From Raillietiella orientalis (lineage: Eukaryota): a stretch of 64,000 nt of DNA. Positions 9,881 to 21,508 of the stretch are shown here, piece by piece. The stretch lies in contig JAYWIR010000009.1 in the NCBI GenBank assembly GCA_036172245.1, positions 2,914,001 through 2,978,000 on the forward strand, given 5' to 3'. Positions within the stretch are counted from its first letter, which is position 1, and each line of letters begins with the position of its first letter. The notes below the pieces were generated by a model that had not been told where the DNA came from, made no database searches, and was given only the letters and a program-made list of their open reading frames with translations. A program made the translations under genes and the position numbers.

Positions 9881-10639
9881 TAAACCGAACATCTCCTGAG
9901 GTCTCCTGAAGCCACCTGTTGGCCTCGCGATGCTCCTGCAGCGCTGCTCACCTTCGTCCGCCGTCCTTCCACGGAAGGCACCGCGCGACACCCTCCGGTG
10001 GGGCGACGTAACCGCGGGCACCAAGCGCGGTGTCTCCTCCCCCGCGACGTGCGAAGTTCGGGCTCGACTCCCTGGATTTGGGAACACCCTGTCGGCGAGG
10101 ACAGCTTCGAGCTCCGTGATGACGTCATCTCTGGCTTGCGGAAGTTCTTAGGAGGGCTGGTTGCACTCGGTCTCAGGAAGTAGCGCTAGTGAAGCTTTGG
10201 CTCCAGCGATAGCTGCGACCCCTTCCTCTCACCCCACCTTCTCCCTGCATCCTTCTTTCGTTCCCGAGGCGGCGGCGCTTCGTGTGCGCGTACTCGATCG
10301 GCAGTGCTGCCTTCGGACAAGCCACGATGTTTCCTGGCGCGCATGCCTCAGCGATTCTGGCGCTTTGCGGATGAGGGATGGAGCTAAGCAGGCAGCCGCC
10401 GAGTCCAAACATCCATGCAGCATCCGAGATTTTCGTGCCTCTGCACCGCGTCGTCGCCTGTGGCGCTTCTTCGTGCAGGGTACCAACTGCAGATTCCTCT
10501 GCCTCTAGCGGACGGAAAGGAATCGGAGGCAGCTGGTCGGGGAGGCTGCCGGCTCATCCTCATTAGAGGAACCCTTTTCCGTGGCGATCATCTTCCGGGC
10601 TACACGAGGCGCAGGAGTTCATGACTGGAAAGCCCGGGG

Positions 10640-11130
10640 CATCGCCTTTGGCTTAAAGAGTAGTAGATGAAACGTGTGGATAGATGCCCTTGCAGCAACC
10701 ACCACCTTCTTATGGCGCACGGGTGCTCCAATGGTTTCCACCACCTCTGAAAAATGCTGCTGGAGGTCCTCATTTTTTGCCCAGTGGTCTTGCCGTGGGC
10801 TGTTGGTGGTCTTTTGTTTGATCGGGCGTAGGCGGGCGGCTGCGGAGGTCACAGGAACTTCTTTCCCGGTCGAAAGTGCGTGGACCGGGACGGCAGTGGG
10901 AAGAGCGTTTTCCATGGAAAACGCTCAGCAGCCAGCATATAGCTGGCCAACCTCTTTGATTCCGACCTCCCCCCGGATTAGCCGTGTGACATCCCCCCCT
11001 GTCAGCATATTCTTGAGGAGCGGCGCCCCGGAGGTCAAGAATTTCCCAGACTCCGGTCTCTGGAGAGTGCGCTGCCAAAGGGCATTTTTCGCTGGAGAGG
11101 TAGTAGGGTAGGAATGGGTCGCCGGCTATC
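10640..11130 (-). mobile_element. Decayed non-LTR RT fragment
   Basis: GRNQRGWPAICWLLSVF resembles GVxQGxPxSxxLF, followed by GKEVPVTSAAARL in the YADD region. Frameshifted. Confidence 0.45.
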
Positions 11131-12549
11131 TGCACACACTACACTCGAAGGAGGAAGGGGAATGGCAAGGGCAAGGGATTGGAGATGGAGAAGGAAGATG
11201 GCAGAAGGAAGACAAGGAGGAAGAGGAAGAGAAGGAAGAGAAGAAAGATGGCAGAAGAAAGAGGGGGAAGGTGACGGAAGGGGAAGAGGTGGAGGAGTAG
11301 GAAGGTAACAAGCAAAAAGGGAGGAGAAAGAGAAGAAAGGGGTCAGATATCGCTCCCAAGTTTTCAAACACGCTTCTCTTTGTTCTTCTTTTCTGTTTCA
11401 TCCTCAGTGCCAATACTCCGCGTCCGAACGGGAGTGCCCACCTCCGGCTTCGGGACTGGCGCCTTCGTGCTTCTAGGCTTCCCCCATCGAGTGGCCATCT
11501 CTTTCGTACCTTCCGAGGCGACTCTTTGGACCGGTCAGCAGCATGCGTGGCTCCTCCTGCATTTGCTGAGCGTAGTGGGCACTCGTCACGGTGCGGCCGG
11601 CGGGAAGGGTTTGCTGAGGGACACATTCGACGGCTCGTAGTAGGAAGCTGCTCGTGATGTTTCGGCAGGCCTTGCTCAGGGTGCACCGTGCTCTGCCTCA
11701 CCCGGTAGGGTGCAAACCCCAAAGCCTTCTCTTCCTCTTCCTGCGGTGCTGTCCAGGCTTTCAGAGAGAAATGGAGAGGGAGGGATTTTGAGCAGCTTCA
11801 GCAACGCCTTCCGTCTGTCCACCTTCGTTGTCGGTTGTGAAGGGCGTTCGCCAAGAGGATGTTCAAGGGTGGAGGGGCGTTCCTCGTTGGGGCGGCAGCA
11901 ACGCCAAACTGTTTCAAGCCTCGAGCGACCTCTCGGCGCCCACAGAGTTAGTGCCATCGGGACAGAACTGCATGCTGGAATTTCCGCGTTCTAGAAGCTG
12001 GTCTTACGGTGAGCCGTCTACTTGGGTCTGCTCTTGTTCGTTCCAAAAGTGCCCTAGGCGTTGCTTTTAGCGAATGTTCCTCTTGTGCCGGATGTTGAAC
12101 AACGTCATCGTTGGCTGGTACGGAAGCGTAATGGGCGTTTGCCTAGGGAGGGCAGCAGACCGTTATTGCCTACGACGCGTTCGATTGAACCCTGAGGAAG
12201 CGGAAGTTTGCATCGAGCGTCCGTGACCTTCATCTCGGTCCAGAAGCGGATCTTCTGGGTAGAAAGTCTCATGAACCAGAGAGAAGAGACGTAGAGCTGA
12301 AAAGAAAGGAGCTCCAGCTACTTCCTGGCTTCAAGGCAACGCGTCCTCCGACTTGCAGATGGCACGTTCCTCCAGGCTTCCCGTCTCGGCGTACTTGCGG
12401 TTAGATCTCGATGCAGGAGACGTCGGGTCCGGGGTCATATGCTGCCCCGCGCTTGCAGCGCTCTTTCGAATGCGTTCGGCGATACGGGGACCAGTGAAAG
12501 CAGCTGGGAGACGGTGGTTTCCTGCGGTCGGTCGAGCCCCGGGGTGAAT

Positions 12550-13900
12550 TCCCGTTTCCTTCCAGATGTGGCGCTGCGCAGGGGGGGATGAGGGGGAAGG
12601 ACCTGGAAGCGTTCTTTCCTTGACACTTCCTGTTTCTTTGAGAACATCCCTGATGCATTCGGAGGTGCTTGGGAAAGGAAGGATCAACCACGCTCCTCCG
12701 CGTGGACCATGGACGTTTGGGTGACCGTCAGAGACCAAGTCGTCGGCTCCCTGGGGTGCTGGCATCCCCGAAGTAAAGAGAAGATGTGAGAGATGGAGGT
12801 CCAACGGCCACGCTTTGGTGGAGGAGGCTGCATGCGGTTGAACCCATGCACTCGGACATCCTCGAGACGAAGAATTGCCGGAAGATTGATGCCCAAGAGA
12901 AACTGATCCAAACGGATACGGATGTGACAGAGGATTCTGGCTAGCGGCACCACAGCTCCACATGGGCAGGAAGATGGGCGGCACTCGAAGACTCTGAAGA
13001 ATGCGAAGGTCGCCTCCACCCCTTCTTCCTGCGAGATCCCTCTGTTCCTTGGATCGAGAGGGCCGGTTCGCGTTCCTTGTCGGCTCTCGCGGGGCATCGC
13101 TGTTCCCGGCACTTCGGAACTATTCCAATGACCGGACGGCGAACGTCGACCCATAAAACACCTTGGGAGCACGGGACGGTCCTCGCCTCCCCAATGCGTT
13201 TCCATAGATGCAGACAAAAGCGGAGGGTTTTCCAGACATCCTCCATGACAGCCTCCACGAGTCCTTCCCTCTGTCGCTGCAACTGCGCGCAAATAAGTTT
13301 GGGTTCCCAAGGATCGAAGGGGAAGAGCGCGCAGCTTTAATGCCCTTCCTCTTTTATTCCGCACGCCTTCTTCAACGCTGACTGCGGACTTCCAATGAAA
13401 ATCACGAGTTCAGTACCGACGACTTGACTCCCTCTAATCAGGAGAAGGTCAGATCCCAAGGGCATTGCCTAGAAAAGTAGACACCCTTGCTGACTCTTCG
13501 GTGAGCTTCTAGCCGTCCAACCTCTTTCCCCACCATCAGGCCCTCTGGTGTACTCTCCGGAAGAACGTGCAGCACCCTCGGTGGTTCCGGAATGCGGCGA
13601 AGGCCTGCTGATGCTCCCATCCGTATCCGAGCAGCCTGGAGACATTGCTCCAAGCAGTCTCCCAGTCCTCAACATCCTCTACCGTGAGGATCGATCTCAG
13701 GGCTTCCTTACGCATCTTCCCACACGAGATACCGCACCCGTCCGTCCTGGAAATGCAATCGGGAAAGGTCCAACCATCCCTCCTTCCCTCACGGGAACGT
13801 CCTGCCACCGGAAATCCCTTTTCCCCAGGCTAGCGACCCAGCTTTTCCTCCAGTGAAAGTTTCGCGGTGCTGATCCTCCATCCCCTCATCTTCTCCAGCT
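12550..13900 (-). mobile_element. Decayed non-LTR RT, interrupted by an APE-like fragment at ~13000-13330
   Basis: RSILTVED..SRLL..EHQQAF (RT N-terminal), SRGCPSA (QGCP) and GADDLV (YADD). 13141-13330 is DNA-similar to the APE segment at 15760-15880. Confidence 0.55.
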
Positions 13901-14334
13901 ACCAGTTGTCAAACCCTCTTCCTCTGGTTCAGGAAGGATCCACCACCCTCCTCCCCCTCGTTCAGCTTCCTGCCCCGATGACCCCAAGAGCGAAAGGGGG
14001 GAAAGACAGGAAAAGCCACCTCCGCCGGTTCTCTGGAGCAGAAAACAGCGTGCTGCCATCTTCCATGGATTCTCACTTTCCGGGCATCTTCTCCGGGAGA
14101 GGACCACTCACTCTAACTTGCATCTCATCCCAGGTAAAGGCGAGGAGCGCCTGCTACGATGGTGGAATCCTCTCGACGAGGATGGCCGGTTGATGCTGAG
14201 CTGCTGTTTATCTAGAAGGTGTGGCAGTGAAGATGCCTCCCTTCCCCCTTCCACCTTTTCCCATCCTCTTTCTTCCTCTTTTCTTCCTTTTCCCCCCTTC
14301 CTCCTCCTCCTTTGCTCCCTTCCTCCTTCTCCTC

Positions 14335-14790
14335 CTTCCTTCTTTCTCCCTTCTTCCTCGTCTTTCCTTCCTCATCGTATTTCTTCCTTGTCCCAATAAA
14401 AAAGGGTCCAGCATTCGCTGGTGCGAGAGCAAGGAAATCAAACATTCCATCACTGGGGGCCATGAATAGGAAGGAGGTACTGCGTGAGGAGGAGAGTGCT
14501 ACGAAGAAATGAAGAAATAGGGCGGACCAGCCTCGGGGGCTGGATGGTTGCCGTCCCCTAAGGTTCGCGTCGCTCAGGAACGGGGAGCAGGAAATCTCCG
14601 TCGGAGACCCGATCGGTGACCGATCTGCCTCGAGGCCCCCATCCCTTTCGTCCCATCCCTCCGCTCGGGCCATCCCGGGGCGTCCCGCACGAGGGCGATG
14701 GAAGGGGGGACATGCGTCGATGGCGGCCGCGTTCTCCTTTTGCTCTGGCGGTGCCTGAGGAGGCTGCTGACGCCCGAGGAGGCGCGCAGC
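14335..14790 (+). repeat. Inverted-repeat arm 1 (RT N-terminal fragment) paired with 21045-21508
   Basis: Antisense ORFs 14212..14943 and 20494..21594 share about 150 aa of near-identical sequence. The sense reading has QPRGLDG (PGxDG) and GDMRRWRPR (NWRPI). Confidence 0.85.
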
Positions 14791-15269
14791 AGTTTCTTCC
14801 CAGCAGTTTCTTTCCGATCCCGCTTCTGCGTGCCCCGGATGGATTGCGGGAAGCCCCGTCTGACAAGAGCAGCCAGGGAAAGGCGCTAGAGATCGCCATG
14901 GTGACGAGCCCGTCTTACCTCTGCTGAATTGCCTGGCACTCAACGGCTATTTCAGAGACCATTTCCAGGACTCCTGTCCGGTTTCCTTGCACAATCGCAG
15001 CCTTCGAGCCGATCTTCCTTAGTGATCACATCCCAAAGTCGTGGATGACGTTGTGTGCACTTTCTACGGGACGCGGCGGGCTGTGTGGAGGTGGTTGCGG
15101 CCTCCCCTCATACGAGGAAGTGGTCCCAGCGGTGGTGGAAGGGAAGACTCTGTGCCGATGACGTCGCGGCCACGATCTCCCGAGACCTCGACCTCTTTGC
15201 CGGACAAACCCTCTTTTTTCACGGCGGTGACTGTGCTCTGGTCCTCCTTTGTCCTCCAATGTTTCCTTT

Positions 15270-16550
15270 ACCCCCTTAGGAGAGACCTTTCGTCAGCAGC
15301 GCTGGTGGGATGCTGCTGCGTCCTCCCTTCACGCCCCGGCATGGGTTCCCCGTTGGCCAGCCTCGTCCGGAAGGAGCCAGCGGGGGGTACACGCAAGTGG
15401 CCCTTTGGCGTCCATTTCCGTTCGACAAAGGCCCGGTGGGACTGGCATTGGCGAGGCCACAGGTCCACCTCAGCCCCCTTCTGGAGTCCTATCTTCTTGG
15501 TCTCCTGGGCGAGCCCGGCCTTCGCGCGAAGGAGGTTGTCCCTCCTCGCTCTCCTCTCGGAAGGCTGCGCTGCGGAGCGCCCGCCGCGGGATGGAAGGTT
15601 CAGCACCCTCTGCCAGGCACTCATCCACATCCGGTCCAGAGATCTCGTGACCCCATTGCGCGCGTCGGCATTCTTCCCGTGGCGAAAGCAGGGAACGCGC
15701 GATCGCATCCCTGGGAAGGATTATCCTCCCCCTCTCCCCGGGACGGGGGACGACTTCCAGTTTGGTCACGGAACGGTCCTCGCCTCTCCAAGGCATTTCC
15801 ATAATGCTGCGGGCGAAGGCGAAGGGCCCTCACAACCTCCATGCGTTCTTGCCCACTGCTGCTGCAGCTGCGCCCATGGACGTTGGACCCTGGCTCCCCA
15901 TGTAACGCTCGTCAGATCTCATGGACAGATGGACGGTGGCCAATTTAAAAAATCTCTGATAACGAGAAGGGATGGCTTTCCCTCCTCGACGAGGACAGAA
16001 TAAGGGGAGGAGAAAGTAGGACGTTGAACAAATGCAAAAATAGGGGATGGAATAAACCCACCTCACGGCGATGACCCCGATTCTCAAGGGTCTGCACTGG
16101 GCAGAGGAGAGCAAAGGCAGGGAGGTGGTTGCTGCCCCCTAGTCCGTGGCCAGTAGTCCCGCCATCTTTCTGAGGACCCCCTGCGCCCCTCGTCCCACCA
16201 GTTGGCTGCAAGTCCTGCCTCATTGCCTTTGGATGCAGGAGCTGGCAACTGCCACCAAGGGCTCTTTCCGGGACGGTGGTCACCACCTCCCTCCGTCGCG
16301 AGCGGTTCACCGTCGCTCCTGCGAGGCAGAGGAGACAACTGAGGAGCCTGGAGAAGAAGACCTGTTTTTCAACATGTCCTATGGTCAGGCAGCATGTAGT
16401 CCTATGGGCAGTCCTTCCAGCAGTCCTATGAGGAAGAACCGAAGTGCCTACAAAGATGCGCTCCCACCCCTACTGCAGTCTTTGGAGCATTCCGAAAGCA
16501 CGTGCGGTAGGGTCAACCACCATCCCGGAGTGAGTAAATTCCTTGTGAAC
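15270..16550 (-). mobile_element. Decayed APE-endonuclease region of L1/Tx1 element; 15690-16550 is an inverted copy of 61105-61950
   Basis: KCLGEARTV (GDFN region) and TRSLDRMWMS (SRIDRxxxS). The 84-aa ORFs 16084..16338(-) and 61316..61570(+) are identical. Confidence 0.7.
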
Positions 16551-17429
16551 CTCCCTTTCCGAAGTGTGTGCCACCGGGATGCAGGTGCAGCCCTGCCGCA
16601 GCCTCGGATGCGGCCCAGAGGCACCGCTGCGGAGTGGCCCACGCTATCCCGCGGTGTTGGGTGGGATGAGCTGGGCGGCCCCCTCTGTTCCCCACCGCGT
16701 GCCCAACAGACGCCCGCGCGGAGATCGACTCCGCCGCCAGGGCGGAAAGAGGCAGGAGGATGGAAGAACTCCCTCTACTCTTCATCCTCGTCTCCCTACC
16801 CCTCGTCCTTCCATTCATCCTCCTATTCCTTGTTCCCCTATTCTCTCCCTCCTGTTCATCATCGTCCCCCCATTCTCCATCCTCATGTTTGAACTTCATT
16901 ACGGAAGCCGCTTTTGCGAAAAGACAGGAGGGCACTTCTTGGCTCCACGGGGGGCGCTCCATCCGCACGCGGTCGTCTGCGGCGCATGCGAGAATGGGGC
17001 GACGCCCGCAGCGCTTTCTCTCGGGCAGCGGCGGCGGTTCGAGGCCCAGCCCTCGTAGGCGAAACGCGCGGCGTACCGAACTTTGTGCGCTTGTGGTGGA
17101 GTCGAAGACAGCTCGAAGACAGCGGCTCGGCGGCGACCGCACCAGCAGGCGCGGTGCATGCCAATGCCACCAAACGGTCCAAGGGCGGGTTTCGCTCCTG
17201 GAGGGTACATTGGGTCCTCGGATCAAGTTGGGGGCCGAGGTCAGATGAAGCTGGGTTATGTTTCCTCGGTAGGCACTGCTCGCAAGGGTGGTAGCAGCTT
17301 CTGCCTCCCCGACCGCTCCCTCTTGGCAGATGACCTAGACGGTTTGACCGGAGTGCGTCTTGGCTACGCATCACGTCGGGTCGCTCCACCGTCGACCTCC
17401 AACGGTCTACCGTACGCGTGAGGGACCTT

Positions 17430-18300
17430 GCACTACCTCAAGACTTGGGGCTGTTTCCCAGGATCACCTCCAGCACTGGAACCAACTCGAACGAAGGAAA
17501 ATAAGAGTGCCGGCTTCCGGCGTTCGGCTTCCTCCCTTTGCTGTGTGCCCTCAGGAGAAGTCGCCGATCTTTCCAGGGGCAGCGGTCAGAGAGGATGGCG
17601 GAGATTCCAGGGCGACGCGCTGCTGCCGCGTGGACGCAGCACAGCGTCGCCAGTGGTCGGCGCAAGCGAGACTGCCGCCTTCTCACTTTGCCTCGACAAG
17701 ACCAAGGAACCTCTTCAAGGATGGCGGAGGGAAACCCTCCGCCATGAAGAGGTCATCCTTCGCTCGCTGCGGTCCACCGTAGGGGACTCTCAGTGCAGCG
17801 GCAGGTGCAGAGCAGCCCTGCCCGTGTCATTCCTCGGGGAGCGGAGCGTTCCCTCTCGTCCGACAGTGGTGCCGGTCTCGTCAGCGGGACCAGAGCGTGG
17901 CAAGGCACTTCGTGAGCCCACCCCACTTTTAGAGGACCCTGGAAGTGCCCCGCATAAGGTCTCTTACCTATGTCAGGGGCTGGAAGGGGACGCTGCCTGA
18001 GGCCGCAGGGACATTGAGAGGACGCAAGTCAAACAGCCGGTGGTCCACTCGCTCTTCTCCTTCCCACTCTCCTCCCGATTCCGGTGGACAAGAGCACCGA
18101 TGATCCTCAATTCTGGTGCGAGACCTCGCGCGCGTCTCAACAGCGCCTTTTCCGAGGGCGGCTGCCCTGCTGCCGGTGACCTTCTCGAACCAAGTCGAAA
18201 GCTGAGCTCCAGCGCAGAATCCTTGCTCAGCGGCTCCCCCCATCCCAAGAACCCAGGAGAGCAGAGGCATTTGATTTACCGCTTTCCCGAGTGACGCATT
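17430..18300 (+). mobile_element. Decayed L1/Tx1-type RT fragment
   Basis: In order: KSAGF (KSPG), LQGWRRETL (NWRPIxL), SVPSR (VPGR), EDPGSAPHKVSY (DxEKAFDxV), EGGCPAA (QGCP). Confidence 0.65.
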
Positions 18301-21044
18301 CAAATTAGGGAAGCGTCCCTCCCTCCTCCTCACTTCCTTCTTCCCTCTCAGGGAATGAGCTCGCAGCACTCCTTGGAAGATTCTCCCTGCGAGGCACGTG
18401 GTGTTCCTTTTGCCTGGTTCCTCCTGACTTCGTTATCTCTCGGGAAGTGATGCATTGCTCTTGATCGAGAATCAATTACCGGGAGCCTAGGAGTAAAGCG
18501 GTGTAAGCGGAGAGAGAATGCAGAGGAGGAATGAGTCGGGGCTGAACCAATTCCAACCGATCTCCTCGTCCTTCTCCCCTTCCCTCGTTCTCCTCTTCAT
18601 CTCTCTGCTCCTCATCCCCCAATTTCTCATCCTCCTCTTCCTCGTTCTCCTGTTACTCATCCCCCCATTTCTTGTCCACCCCTTCTTCATCCTCTTTTTC
18701 CTCATCTCTCTATTCCTCGTCCCCCTAGTCCTACGAAGCAAAAGGTACGATTAGATCCCAGCAGCTGAGATGGTCGGGCCTGCAGGATGTTGGATTCTCC
18801 TCATGATACCTCACTTCCCCTCGAAGCACCTCGGGCCTGGTTGCATGGATCCAAGGTGGATCCTCGAGTGTGCAACTTGAGCAAGCACTAAGCAACTGAG
18901 TGAAGAGGAGGTCTGAAAGGCGGGAGGAAGAGAGGTATCCGCTCGACAGGGACATCCCAGTTGGGTCGGGGACTCCAGCCATGACCTCACTCGGCGAGGG
19001 GGAACGCGACAGGAAAGACCCTGAGCTCTGGAGGCGGCTGCAGTGGGTGCACTCTGTGCAGCCCGGAAAGGGAGGACGGCGGCCAAGACGGATGGCGGTG
19101 GAGCCGGCAGCAAAGGATCTCGGCTGTGCGCTTCGTGATTACTCCTCCCAACCAGGTCAGCACGCTGACTTCAGGGACAGAGGAGCGAATTCGATTTCTC
19201 CTCGTGCGTCTCCAGGGTCAAAAGTGAAAGCGAGGAAAATGATGGAAAGCTGCGGGGATGGATTTCTGGAGCAGCTTCAGGAGCGGCGTCCAGGCGGAAC
19301 TGCCCTGAGGCGACGCGGCCATTCTGTGAAAAGGCCGGGCGGGGATGGTTGCCTGCGAGGGCGCCGGCATGCGACCCTTGCCGGGTTTTCGCGTTCGCGA
19401 ACCGTCGCGCGAAGCAGCGGAGATGGAGGGCGTCACCGCCACACGGGTGTCGTCCCGAGCAGCCGCAGATGGGGGAACCTGGACCACTGGGACGAAGTCG
19501 GGGAGATGCCGGTCGCTTTCCGCTGGGGAAAAGCCGGCCTTGCAAGCACGCCGGACCCCTGCTCGGATCCCGGAGGAGGCATGGAGCTGACGGTTGCTAT
19601 GGATGCGAGGCACTCATGGCAGCCCCTGAGAAAAAGCCGGACCCTCTGTCGCCCAGCTGAAAGCGTGGTGTTTGCACAGCGGCATCTCCGTAGCGGCCAA
19701 GCATCATTTTCTCCAAGGCGACGGGAGGACTCCGCTCGAACGACAGCTCTGGGAAACGTCCTGAGCCCAGCCTGTATTCAGGAAACCGAATCCGTGGGCG
19801 CCTTTTCTGTTTGCCCGGATCCCGACTCGGAGGAAAAAATGGCAGGGAGTTCGCCCGTTCCCACGCGCTTCCGCTTCCGGATTGCTTCTTTCCCGAAGAG
19901 TCGCTGAGGCAACCCTTCGTGGACCACTACGTGTCTTTTCACCGCGTGTCCGCCACGCCCCAGTCAGGTGGGTGGGGTGGCAAGGCAGTCCCCTGTCCCG
20001 GCTGGCTCAGCGAGCACTCCGTGGGAAAACCGGGGTAGTGGGGAGGGGTAAGGGACGGGAGGGAGATGCCTTGCTGCGGGCGCCTCTCAGAGCCGCTCCC
20101 GCCTGCTTGAGGGGACGACGACAAGAGAGGCATTCCCAGGCGTCCCCTTCTCTTTTCACCAGGGCTTCCCCGCTGACGTCCTTCCGTCGCGTGACCGATC
20201 CTTGCCCTCCCCCTCGGTTTCGCGGCAACCGGTAGAGGAGCCGGCGCACGCTTCCAACAAGGAGCTCGCCCAGCCCCTTGGGTCTGCACCTCCCCGCCAC
20301 CACCCGCTCCCTCCCGGTTTACTCGCTCACGGTCCTGGGGTAGGGGGGTGCGCAGTGCGAAAGATCCGCCTTCCTGGGTCACGCGGTCTTCGACGTTTGC
20401 CTGGAGCAAAAAGTTGGCCCTCCAGCCGAGCGCGTCCAGGAGTTCATCGAGTATGAAGTCCTGCGGCGGCGGCATGGAACGAATTGCCGGATTATGAGAC
20501 GCCATGGGGAGGGATTGGATGCACGGAGCGGAGGAGAAAGGGATGCCTTCGTCGGCACTTCCGGCCATCAAGCGGCATCGGCGATCCCGGACGGAGCCCC
20601 GTGCCCGGCAATTAGCCGCTGTTCTATGCACCCCGTCCGCGGCGGTTCCTCTCTCGAGACGTGCCCCGGGAACGCGGGAAAAAAGGAGAGGGGGAAAACC
20701 GGGGGTGAAGTCTCCTTCCCTCCCGCTGAGGGCGCCCCGAGGTCTGCGTGGCGCACAGGCATTTGGGGCACGGAAGGAAGCTCTCGACTCGTTAGTGAAA
20801 CTGGGTGTTTCGGGTCACAAAGAGGCCAATTCTTCCCTTCCCTAAGAGACCGCCGGCTGGGGAGCCCGCCGCTCCGGGACGCGCGGGAAGAAGGGGATCG
20901 CGCGCTGCGGACGAGGCGGAGGAACTCGAGCGCCCCGGAGCAGCGAGAGGCAGACCTTGCCTCGCAGGCGCTTCCGGAGGGGCAGGGTCGGAGACCGCGG
21001 CATAGCCGCAGGCGTACACCGACTCCCGCACGCGACCTGCTGGA

Positions 21045-21508
21045 AGGGCGCGCGCCTCTTCGGGCGTGTCAGCAATCTCCTCAGGCACCGCCGGAACGAA
21101 AGGAGAACGCGGTCGCCATCCACGCGCGTCCCCCCTTCCATCGCCCTCGTGCGGGACGCCCCGGGATGGCCCGAGCGGAGGGATGGGACGAAAGGGATGG
21201 GGGCCTCGGGGCAGATCGGTCACAGACCGGGTCTCCGACGATTTCCTGCTCCCCGTTCCTGAGCGACGCGAACTTTAGGGGACGGCGACCGTCTAGCCCC
21301 CGAGGCTGGTCCGCCGTATTTCTTCATTTCTTCGTGTCACTCCCCTCCTCACGCAGCACCTTCTTCCTGTTCATGGCCCCCAGTAATGGAACGTCTTGTT
21401 TCCTCGGTCTCGCACCAGCGGATGCTGGACCCTTTTTTATTGGGACAAAGAAAGAATACGATGAGGAAGGAAAGACGAGGAAGAAGGGAGGAGGTAGAAA
21501 GGAGGAAG
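21045..21508 (-). repeat. Inverted-repeat arm 2 (RT N-terminal fragment) paired with 14335-14790
   Basis: Reverse complement of arm 1, including the flanking CT/GA-rich tract. Confidence 0.85.

Noticed and set aside
14335..21508. Inverted repeats as TIRs of a DNA transposon
   Set aside because: The arms are RT-coding remnants, there is no transposase inside and no TSD was seen.
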